From Lepidodermella squamata (taxonomy: Eukaryota > Animalia > Gastrotricha): 64,000 nt of DNA. Made by a program: the position numbers and the translations under genes. This document shows, piece after piece, positions 13,701 to 25,202 of the stretch. The stretch spans positions 4,216,001 to 4,280,000 of the forward strand of contig JBLDXI010000024.1 in assembly GCA_047495785.1 (NCBI GenBank). Direction: 5' to 3'. The notes under the pieces were generated by a model, which saw only the letters and a program-made list of their open reading frames with translations, made no database searches and was not told where the DNA came from. The number at the start of each line of letters is the position of its first letter. The first letter of the stretch is position 1.

Positions 13701-16700
13701 GAATTCTATAGGATAAACCGTGGTAAAGGTGAAATTGCCGGGTACTTTTCCAGCAAAGTTTTTTCTGAGACCATCATGCAATCTTCGAAAAGACGTTTCA
13801 CAGCCATCGCCTATAAGGCGGATGAACACTTGAGGTTCTAGCTCGTATCTTTTTACGCCATAGTAGTCAACAGATATTAGATACGTGAATTCATGGTGGA
13901 GTTTGTTACTTAGGATTGGCAAAAAGGCCCAGTTCTTCAAATCCTCCTTATCAGAAGTAAATGCGAACCAGATCGTAGCAAGGTATGCTACCACGCATAT
14001 CGTCATCAACGAGAAGACGGACGCATTCTCCGCCACTAGAGTGGTAAAATTGGCCAAAATCTCAGTTAGCTGTATCGTATTGGGCGAAATTAGGAGATCG
14101 GCTCCGAAATCCCCGAAATAGGAACTTTTAAATGAGACCTTAGATTCTGTGGAATCTGCCTCGAGATCAAAGTCTTCCTGTGAAGTTGAATTAGAGCTCA
14201 CATCACGTTTCAACCTCGATCCTAAAATTCGATCCTCAGAAGCGAAACCGATTCGCAAGTGGTAGCCATAACATCTTTGCATTTCACAAACTGAAGGTGG
14301 CAAATCGTCGTTCGGAGAATAGCGCGTGAGGTTTTTCTTAAGAAATGCGCTTAAAGTGAATGAATGGTTCGCATTAGACCCAATATTTTGTGGCGCCTTA
14401 TTATTGAATGCAATCAGAGCTGATCGAGGGATGATGACTCGAAGTTCAACATCTTGGATGAAATTCATTTTCAGAGGACCTAAGTTTGAATTCACACTAG
14501 CTGTCAAGCTATTCCCAGTAACATTGATAGACCAAGAGTTTCTACCGGCCGTTAGAGTAGCAGTAGCATTCAGGGATATAAAGACAGAGTAGTCGAACGG
14601 TATGGCTGGAATTATGAGGATGAAGTCTCCCGCGTCTACTGATATAGGGAATGTTGCGAGTGAACCCAACTTGTCTGCATTTGTTGAAATGTCGCATTTC
14701 ACCTTACTGATATCGCACTGCGACTCGACTTTTTCCGTCGAAAACTGCCTTGCCTTGCCCAACATTGGGTATCCAGTCATCCTGACTGGCCAGTTTTTGT
14801 TCAAGGCTAACTTGGTCGATCCAAAGAACAGGTATAACGATATCGTTGGCATATTGAACGGCTTATTTATGTCGAATACATTCGAAATATAAGCAGTTAA
14901 CACTACTGAAACTTTGCTTGATTCATCCAAACCCTGCGGCAAATCGATTAAGAGATCTCTCCAATTCTCAACTGAAGGAATTTCGGTAGCAGCTAAATTT
15001 GAGCTGATTCCCAATCCAGGAAGCTTTCCGGGTAAAGTGTTGCGAATTACAACAGCGAAGAAGGTTCCGTTGAAGCTGAAGTCTTTACCAATAGCGAGTG
15101 CACTTTTCACCATTGCGGCTGTGGACTCCATCATCGACCTGAAATCATCGAGCAACTTGTGCGTCTGAGCTGTTGTCATTTCGATTTTTGTCGGTTTCAC
15201 CACAAGTGACTCGGAATCGAACTTGTCGGCTTCACAACGAACTGCGGTGGTGGGCAAAATGATGGCCGGCGATTCAGGCTGAGGGATAAGTTCTTTCTCT
15301 AGTACTGTCGTTAACACTGAGCTCACAGATTCAGTGTATGCTGGTAAATTACAGTGAAAGTTGTTTAAACCGGACCGGTCTAAACCGGACTTTCTCCAAA
15401 CCGGACGATTTCGGGTGGCTCGATCCGAAAGTGTGGACTTTACATTATAATTTTATTGTCTAAACCGGACTCTCTAAACCGGACTGGTGTATAAACCGGA
15501 CGGATTTGGGGCTCGAAGTCCGGTTTATGCAATAAAAAGTCCAATTTTCTATATAATTTTGAAGGAAGTGCCAGCCCCTGCCTGACAAGAGTAGCCTCAA
15601 AATTTCGAAAAAATTTTAACTTCCAAATTATTGCGAATAAAGCTGAATATATTGATAATTTATATTAAAATTGTCGATTCCGTACTCAAAAACTATTACT
15701 TAGCTTGTAAAACTTGAAAATTCCATGAATTTCACGTGGTATTTCCTATACCGGACTCAGTCCGGTTTAAAATAATTCGGACTTTCTCTAAACCGGACGA
15801 TTTTGCCTGGCACGACCTTAGTCCGGTTTAGACAACTTTCACTGTACATTATTCTTAATGGGGCATTATAGGTACATCTCATTAACAACCTTGAGAAACC
15901 GATAGAATTGTTTCCGTCGAGAGATTCGCTGCCATTTTCTGGTATCGACTGAGCAGTTCGGCCGAAAGTGACATGAAATTTTGCTAGAGAAAGAGTAAAC
16001 AGCCTAAATCGGGGAAAATCATCAAATAATGTAAGCTACCGAATCGACGACCACATTCGCCGAGCTGGAGCTGCTTGAAATCACACTTGCGCTATCTTTC
16101 ACTTGCGAACTGATTGATGTTACGTTATCAGCAAGAGTTTGGTCAGGGAGTTTGGCCACAGCTGCAAGCTCCACAATTACCTGACTGGGTTTAGCGGTGG
16201 TTGATAGCTGGATAGATGAAGTTGTTAAAATTGATGTTGTTGTAAGAGCTGTTATGATAGAAATAGAAATGCTCAACAACTCGCCAGTGAAGGTTTTGTG
16301 GATTACAAATATTGCATGAATCGCCCGTCCAGAATGCTGTGCAGCTGCAGTTGTTCGCCGCGGAACACGTTCCCCCATTTTGGCAACCCCCAATTGATGT
16401 ACAGTCAGGTATTGATTTCGCGGTAGTTGATGGCTGGTTGGTTGAAGTTGTCACAATTGATGTTGTTGTGATCGCTGACATCGTACAAGTTAAAAATGTC
16501 CGTAAAAAAGAGGAAAAGAAATTACGTATATTGCATGCATCCCCAGTCCAGAATGCTGTGCAGCTGCATTTGTTTGATGCCGAACAGGTTCCCCCATTAA
16601 AGCAGCCCCCAATTAACGAACAGTCAGGCACCGAGCAGCTCGAGCTTGTCCAGCCTTGGTCGCAAACACAGTTATTTTTTGAAATGCAGAGACCATGACC

Positions 16701-19700
16701 GGAGCAATTTGCCACATCAAGGCAATTCGCTGTTAAAGTAACAGACGGATAAAACGCCAAACCATTGAAATGGAATTTAACCTAGTTCCGTGCAGTTAGA
16801 CCACGCTCGACAATCACCTGTGAAAGCAAACATTCACATCAGAAGCAAGGAGGATGATTCACGCAGTTTACCATAGCTGCAATTCGCGCCTGTCCAACCT
16901 ACAGCGCAGGTGCATTGATTCGGCGAAGAACAGGTTCCTCCATTCAAACACGCGCCCAAACCTGAGCAGTCCGGCACACACGTGCCGACTGAGCCCGACC
17001 ATTTCCTGGTTGTCATATTGCACCACAAATTCGCATAAGGAAGGTTGGTGTCGTTGAAAATATATCCAGGCAATGAGCAGTTATACTGCCAGACAGCGCC
17101 CCCGATGATTCGCTCATTCAGAGGAATCGGCAAGGGTATGGTAAAGTTGTTTGTGGTTCCAGCGAATGTTGGCGGCTGGGGGCAGCTAACATTTAGGCAA
17201 AGAGGTGTTGCGCCCTGCCAAGTCGTATTTGGAGGGGCGCAGGTTTGGGTCAAACTTCCGTTCACCAGAGATAGGCCCTGGTTGCATTGATAGAAAATCG
17301 TAACCACCTCGTTGCTGACTTCAAAATTCGGTAGTAGGAAGGCGTTTACAGCAGTGAAATTAGGTGCAAGACCGCAGGCTGCTCTACACCTCAACCACTG
17401 TCCCTGCCAATACTTGCTAGTCGTATTGCACGTGAGAACGGTCCACAGTTTGTTTGATGCGATGTTTGTGTAGTTAGGCAGACATGTATAATTTACAGAC
17501 ATAACACTTGGCATGCCTATGATTTCAAGCTCTGTCCACCCCATGGCTGGCGGAGGCCCGCATACACTGAACATGTCGCACTTATCCATCCTGAAGTAAC
17601 TATCGTACGAAGGGTCGCTTGTACCCATGCCGACATCACAAAACGTGTCACTCATATCGCAGGTTGATCCGGATATAGCAGCAACGTCGCAAGCGGCTAC
17701 ATTGCTGCAAGAATCGATGCATGCTTGGACAGAGCTGACCGTTTTCGATGTGACAGTGCCAGCCGAGCAGCGAAAGCCTCTCGCCCGCACGTGTCTACCT
17801 CGAGGGGGAAGTCTCTGCCGAATCTTGATCTCAGTCCATTGCAAGCTTTGCGGGCCGTATGTCTGAGCAAATATTCCACCAGAACCTGTTCCACTATACG
17901 GACCGTTCAGGTTCGAATAGCCCACAGTTGTTGTATTGCAAGTTTGTGGGAACCACCAACCTCCTGTGCCACATGGATCAGTTTGAAAGGTCTTCTTCTC
18001 AAGAACTAGCGTTCCACCAGTTGAACAGCTCTGAAATGAGCCTGCATAATTCGTCATTGAGTAAGCTGATCCGTATGGATAAAAAAGAGTAGCATATGAG
18101 AAAGCGTATCCTGCAGGACCTCGCATCTCAAATAAAACTTCAAAGCCAAAAGAATCGGTGATCTTTCGTAAGGCGTCTAGTCCCAGCCAGTAATTACCGG
18201 TGATCGAACCAAATCCCGATATATAGGTGTCGTAATCCTGGTTGAATGAAACAGTATCGTCGATTCTGCGCTGGAAAACCATCCATCCACCACCTTGTAA
18301 TACACAAAACCTCGTAGAATCTAGACACTTTCAAGTGGCAATATAGTTACCCCAGGTTTCTTGATCGCAGAACGCGGTTCCATTCCATGCGCCTGCCGAG
18401 AAATTATTATAAATTGCTGACACGAATTTTAAGTTAGCAGGCTGTTGTTGCTGGAAATATGTACAGTCCCTAGGTGTGCTCCAAGCTATAGAAATAGAGC
18501 TTAGGCCTATCAATATTATGCTTCAATACGAATACTTGTGATTGTGGGCTCCTCGTTAGAATACAGATATCCATAGTTGGCGAGTCTAATGCGCGAAAGT
18601 TCACCCGACAGCCATCGATATGGTGGGTCTACCATGTAGTTCACCACATCGTTGCCCGGAATTTGATTAGACAGGCCACTTAATGGTGGATATTTGCAGT
18701 ACATCCCATTCGACACTAAAGCATTGCAAAATTGAAAATTCATCGAGAAAAATTAAAGAACTCGCCTCGTCGGCGGACACCCATCATTGTAGTAGCCATC
18801 GAAGTGTTAAGCGGAGCGTAACCCGCGTATGCTACGGCTTTCAGATCTTTTGATGAGCCCCAAACGTTGTTCAAATTAATTTTGTACGCGCAGTTAGTGC
18901 GCATCCACCATCCACCTTCAAGCCTTGAAGCAGCCGGGCCGAAGCAAAGGGTCGCTGAACCGTTGTCAAAAGTCGAAAACGGCTGATAGTGATGAACATC
19001 GAATGCATTGACTAGGACAGTGAATAAGAATTTACTTTAAAATTTTCCTACCATTCTAAACTTTGGCCACTGTTTTATCTTAGCTTGCTTTCAAACTGCA
19101 CCACACTGCTTCATGCGTGTGTTGCGCAATCTATAATCTATAGCCACTCAATAAGCCTGCTTAATCCGCTGTTTTGACGATCGCCGCAGAAATTAGTCTT
19201 TTTTACGAGCAGAAATTATGATGATATTTTAGCTAAATTTAGGGCGCTCGCGTCAACATTTGATGAAAAAAGTAAGGTAACGACCATAGAAAGCAATAGA
19301 TAAAACATGCCGCCCAAAGGCTGTAATTACTGTCTTCTCTGCTAGCGCCTTAAACTCAAATAAAGGTTTTGACTGGAAATTATTCGGAGATCTATAATTT
19401 TTTAAGAAATAAGTGATGTAAAAGGAGTAGTATTTTACAAATTCGACGCTGTTTCATCGATGTTTTACCATTATATATATATATATATCACTATTTGGTG
19501 AATCGCACTACTAAATTGTTTCATACCGGTGTCATAGGCTCAATTCCGGGCCCCCCTTAGATACGAGCAGGCCCCAAGCGTCGGTTGCGCAATCAGAGGG
19601 TAAAATTGGACTTGTGCGCGCGCACTAAGTCGAAATTTTTGTTAATGTCGGGGCCGCGCGCGCTAATGTCAAAAGGCTAGTTAAAAAATGTTTGGCGGTT

Positions 19701-22700
19701 TTTATACCAAAATAAAGTTCACACAATACTCTATCAAATAGATATAGTTTCTCACGTTATAGGATTAAAGGAAAAAAGTTTTACGCGCACCCAAAGTTAC
19801 GAGTAGCGAGTGCGCGCGCTCTCACCCGGCGCGCAAAATCTAAGGTGCGCGTAAAACTTTTTTATTTTAAATAATTCGCGCGAGAACACCACATTCAATC
19901 GATAGAGAAGTGTCTGAATTATCTTTTGGTATAAAAACCGACGCGATATTTGAAAGTAAGCCTTTACGATCATCGCGCGCGGTATTAAGTTTGTTAGAAT
20001 TTAGGAATCAGAAAGTTTGGAGTGCGACTGATGCGCGCGAGCCAAGTCTAGATATTTAACCAACTTAATACCGCGCGCGATGATCTTATAGGCTTAATTT
20101 CAAATATCGCGTCGGTTTTTATACCAAAAAATAATTCAGACAGTTCTCTATCGATTGAATATGGTGTTCTCGCGCGAATTATTAAAAATAAAAAAGTTTT
20201 ACGCACGCTCTAACTTTCCATGCGTGCACGTGCGCGCCCCTAACCACCGCGCGGAATTTGAAGTGCGCGTAAAATTTTTTATTTTGAATTTCCCGACCGA
20301 GAACCTATATTTATTCGATAGCGAATTGTTTGAAATTTATTTTGATATAAAAACCGCCGGAATATTCAAAAGTCGCCCTTTGAAATAAGCGCGCGCGGCC
20401 TTAATTTTGTTAAAAATTTCGACTTAGCGCGCGCAACCGACGTTTGGGGCCTGCTCGTATCTAATGGGGGCCCGGAATTGAGCGTGTCATAGTAACAATA
20501 AATTGATCAATAAGCACGCAGGTCAAAGATTAACTTACTACTCAAAACACAACGTAGCGCAAAACACTGCAAAACACTTGGGACCATTGGATACATAGGA
20601 ACCAATCTTAACTACTGCGCCTCGTTTCCAAAAACACCTATAACACCCATGAAATGCGCAAAGTTTTTCAAATACACTGAGCAAATTCGTCTTCAGCAAA
20701 AAATTCGACGGAAAAATTGTGGCGCATTATTTTTGCAAAATTGTAGGGAAATTTTCGATACAGTTTTTTCAAGATGCTTGCTATGATAATCCTTGACCAC
20801 CTTTGTGGACTAATTCATGAAAGAGTTTGATTCGCTTTTCAAGAAATTATTTTTGATGCGCGTGCTTCGCCACGCCGCAACCACCAACGCGCGCGAGCGC
20901 GTTAAAGACAAGTGATTGTGCAGCTGTTTGCGCACGCACACGACCTGTATACTCGCGTTCGCTTACGAGAAGGACAACCTTATCCGTCGGCACTGAGAGG
21001 GTTTAGTAAGCTCGCTCACCGGGATTGTTAGACGCAAGGTCATAATTATTCGAATCGATGTATATTTTGTAACCAGTATCCTCCGATAGAATTCTGAAGT
21101 CTCGCCAGTGGCCAACATTTGTTTCACCGTTAATCGGATCGGTTGTTATTGTGAAGAAATCCAAACACGTCCGACGCCCAAGTTGATAGATGTATTCAAG
21201 CCCTGTGAAATGCCATCGTAACAGGATTAAAAGGAAAATAGCGCATCAGCTAAGAAGGGGAAAATACTGGGGGTGCCCAAAAACGTATCTAATTCCACAA
21301 TCACTCGTGATGCGAGATACGAGAATATGTAACCTCCGCAAGATTCACATACCTAACCAATAGTCGCTTGATTCATTGAAAGGTTGCGCAGAAAAACCCC
21401 ATTTGTAGTCTTGCCAGCCTCTGGAAAAATTCACGTTTCCGTTAGTTCTCTTTTGAATCATCTACGCGAAGAAATTGTAAACGTGTTGTTGCTTATTCGG
21501 AGTAGGAAATACCGTGATTCCGCGATAGTCGGTCGTATTCGAGATGTAGGGCAATTTATCGAAGAGGCAATAAACTCTCAGTGGCTGCATTCCTATTGGG
21601 TAAATCCAGTAAACGCCATTTGTGGAGCTGTTGTCAATCGTGAATATGTCGTAGCAATCATATGGCTTTTGAACAAGCGGCTTTATCATCATCACACTAC
21701 TTTTTATCGAGTTGACCTTGCCCTTCCAAGACGACCATACGATGCCTTGTTCAAACGCATCATTCATTGGAACACCATTCAAGTTTGAATCGAGGCAGGA
21801 ACCGGATACCCAGTCCTTGAACCACCATGCCCCCGACCTGTTCGAATAAACACGAAATTCTTGCCCATTATGGGTCGACAGGGAATCTCCAGGTGTTTCG
21901 GTGTCATTCATCCAATTGTAGCCAGAAGCGTTCAATCTATAGTTCGTGCTGGAGTCACCGATGAAAAACCTCCGATACCTCGCAGTTCGAAAATTCCCGT
22001 TGGTGTATTCGAGTGTGACTGCTAGTTGGTAAATCGGCCCAGCGGCTGTAATTTGGTTAATTGCGGTGTTGCCAAGGTAGAAAGCCAAGTTCTGATCGCC
22101 AAAGCCGCTCTCATATGCAGCGAAACTTTGATTAAAGTTTTGGTTAGCTGCGGGATAATTCCTTTGAATAATCGTCCAGCCACCGCCGAGAGCCGACATT
22201 TCGCAATAGGCTTTAACCGCGCTCCCACCAGGCGGATAAATTGTATAAACTCCACTTGGTGCATGAGGCGAGTTGACAGCAATATCAGAACAGTCCACCG
22301 GGTTCGGGTAAGACATCGCGACACCTGGAATAATCTGTTTGCGAAGTACGAGGATTTAATCGGAGCACAAACCTGGCGTTCCGTAGAAATCATTAGGCTG
22401 CCGCCTCACCATCATCTGAATGTTCTTAATAGACTCAGATGCAGGCCGAAAGGAATCCCAATTTACTCCCTGGTAGGGTGTAGTTGAATTGTAAACTCTG
22501 GGTGGATATGGCTGACTGTAAGCGTGTCTCAATCGACTAAAATTAACCTACCCATTGAGACTTGATGCCTGGCAAGTGTTTCCGTACCACCAACCACCCA
22601 TGTTCGTCGCTGCGCAATTTGAGCCAGTGACCTTATCGTTGTCTTGATCGGCGGTACTGAATTGACTACCTAGTGCTGTGATCATCGGGTTTGCCCCCAT

Positions 22701-24028
22701 ATTGCCGATACCCGTCTGGAGGTAGGAAAGCGTGTAATTACTTGACGTGCTTATCGTTCTAAAGCCTTTCCAAATTCGGAAACCGTTGAGATTGTTCTCC
22801 AAATCAGCAATGTATATAGCCATTTGATAGTAGTTATACGCCGGGGATACTACAGAATGAAGGTTGTGCAAACCCAGCCAGAAACTATCGCTGAATGAGC
22901 CGAACCCGGATACGTAATCGGTCCACGGCCGATTGAAATCGACGGAAGCCGAAGATCGCCGCTGAAATACCGTCCAGCCGCCACCGAGTGCCTTCATATC
23001 ACAATATACTTTTCGAGTGGCTGTTCCAAAAGTGTTGATGGTGTAAGTTCCACTGGGAGCCGATGGCTGCCTCATTGCAATATCCTCACAATCGAGCGGT
23101 GGTATTGTCAATTGATCTGATAAATTAATTTCGTTCATAGATTAAGCGATCTTTCTGACTAACTCAATTAGGTAATACATACCGCAATGAGGCCATGGGT
23201 TAAGAGTCGGATCTTTACTAGAGTAACCAATCGGACATTGGCAACCAGCTTCTGAACACACAGTGCAACCAGCATGAGCCAAGCAGCCGTCCACCAGAAA
23301 CCTAATTCGCATCGCTGTAATAGACGTCGAACTGTTCCTCGGATGGATGCGCAATTTCTGCGTCCTAATAACAGGGCACAGAACGATCGGGGAGAAATAG
23401 GTCGTCGAAGAGCCATTTAGCGATGTGTTGAAGAGCACGGGAGTGCTCCTTGAATCTTGCTGATCAGTCAATACTGGCAAGAACAACTCGCCCATGCCGG
23501 TCTTCGCGAGAAAAGATAAAACAAATGAAGTCAAATAGCCGAAACCTATTTCCCCAGCAGCAGTTCTTATCGTGCGAACAGAGACCTCCCTGCCAAAGTT
23601 CAAATCCAAGTATATGTTGATTTCACTTCCCAAAGGTCGCCAAAAAGATCCTGGTGGCAGATTTCCGTTTGCATTTGCAGCAGTTCCAGATGAAGCAGTT
23701 ATTGATCCACCCCACTCAGCAATCTTAGATATCAGCTCAATATTTTGGCATGCCGTTGCTATTTCATTAACGATGTTCATAGATATATAATCCATAGTAT
23801 TACTTTTTAACTAACATTGATTGCAAGTTGGCCCAGTCCAATCATCCACACATGTGCACGTGTCTGGAGCCGTGCAGCTGCCACCGTTAAGACAAGGATT
23901 TGAACAGGACTCTGCTTACGTAAAATATGAAATGTATGCGGAATTTTCCCGTAATGGAACGAACGTGCGGTAACTTTTTGCTGCAAGGTGAAGATTGAAA
24001 TGTGTAGAAAACATATAAAAAGCCGCAT
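10715..24028 (-). CDS. Paralogue B: apparently intact polycystin-1-like (PKD1L-type) receptor-channel with EGF/discoidin/4xFReD/PAN/3xsushi/EGF ectodomain
   Basis: Manual splicing from ATG 24028 (MRLFICFLHISIFTLQQKVTA) to TGA 10715 keeps one frame through all ORF pieces. PKD1L hallmarks: PNTI..TM1..D..D, PLAT-like YLISV..VFIRLIG, HPWLSI..RP..SNWTRVERLSC, WG.EKS.QWL, GPIRLKQQRV, Y...GYYVDL, RWLDNATSVLFVDFNLYN..INLF, S1-S6 and a C-terminal coiled coil (IERLSKHIDSLVN). Confidence 0.88.
15352..15844. mobile_element. Non-autonomous Tc1/mariner/pogo-type MITE in an intron of paralogue B
   Basis: TIRs CAGTGAAAGTTGT(T/C)TAAACCGGAC at both ends, flanked by TA; repeated subterminal TAAACCGGAC motifs; no ORF. 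Confidence 0.9.
19538..20483. mobile_element. Fold-back/MULE-like non-autonomous DNA element with 9-bp TSD, in an intron of paralogue B
   Basis: TIR GCTCAATTCCGGGCCCCC..TAGATACGAGCAGGCCCCAA; TSD GTGTCATAG at 19529-19537 and 20484-20492; internal inverted repeats. Confidence 0.85.
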
Positions 24029-24697
24029 CAGGAAGCCACTAGATTATGAGATGGTTCCGAAAATCGATTTCGGCAGTAAGTTATCTGTTTCTTCAAAAAA
24101 ATCGTGATAATGCTTAACTGCCTTCAAAAACGCCTAAAATACTTATGAGGTCTCAGTTATCCTAAATCCAAGTGGAACAACTAAGCTATTGGCCATTTAT
24201 TGGAAAACGGTCAAAGAAAGTGCCTACGTGTTGGGAAACCCCTAACACGTAACCTTAAAACTGCAAAAAATTAAGTTATCATTTAGCAACAGGCAGCAAC
24301 ATTGATTCCGCCCCTTCCGCCAGTTTGAAATAAATCGATCGCTTGCAGGTTTTGTTGACTGCCAAGTTCAATAATTAGTTACCTATCCGCAGGGCATATC
24401 GTCTATAACAATGAAAATACCCAACCAGCAAATTTGTTATTAGCCATTGCGTATCTATTGTATAATTGATGTTACAGCTTTTTGCAACGCTTTTTTGGGA
24501 GAATCGATGCTTGCCATTCTTAGCTCTTTTGTTTAGATTTTTATCAATCAATAAGACAGAATGACCCCGGTGTGGTGCGCTTTCCGGTTCAACACTTTCA
24601 AGGTTTGCGCATTCATGATGTCGCACATGGTTCGCTCGAAGACGGGATGAATGTAGGTAGAAATGCCAAACCCACAGTTTGTTCGATAAGCGATAGG
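22129..24697. repeat. Segmental duplication shared with 61447-64000 (5' end and upstream region of paralogues B and C)
   Basis: Mostly near-identical at 22732-24697 vs 62051-64000 including upstream non-coding DNA; more diverged at 22129-22730 vs 61447-62050. Confidence 0.92.
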
Positions 24698-25202
24698 CAA
24701 ACCCAGGCTAGCTGTAGCGTACCACCTTTTGTATTCAGGGGAACTATGAGCGCCATTAAAATATTCATTAAGATTTTTTATTGTTCCATTATTTATGATG
24801 CCTCATTTTTGCTCGTTGGTTGTTGGGCCTGGATCGAATTGAATGGAGTGCAAACCTCGCACAAACTCGGTCACGCCTGGTGTTGCGTGAGGGCGAAGTC
24901 AAAGCTGAAGGATGAAACTACGATTCAATATTCAATGTTTATCCTCAAATGAGGCTTTTTGCCGTTTGTTAACTTGATTGAACGAATTGGCTCCATAGAC
25001 ATCAGACCCTTATTAGTAGAGATTTATGAAAATATGCAAATCTGAATGACTACATATTACAACTTCCAACTCTTTCACGCTACGAGTACAGTCGTACAAC
25101 GCTGAAAAAGATAAAATACGCGAGGGAGATAGAAAAAGTTTAAATTCTAGGGAATATTTCTCATTTCTCAGTTGTTTCAGCATGTCAAGCATATGTCAAG
25201 CA

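Noticed and set aside
22356-22358. Premature TAA in paralogue B
   Set aside because: It lies in a 48-nt GT-AG intron (22325-22372) at the same position as an intron in paralogue A.
24375-24626. 83-aa ORF repeated at 63689-63940
   Set aside because: Conservation reflects the recent segmental duplication of upstream DNA; no recognisable protein features.
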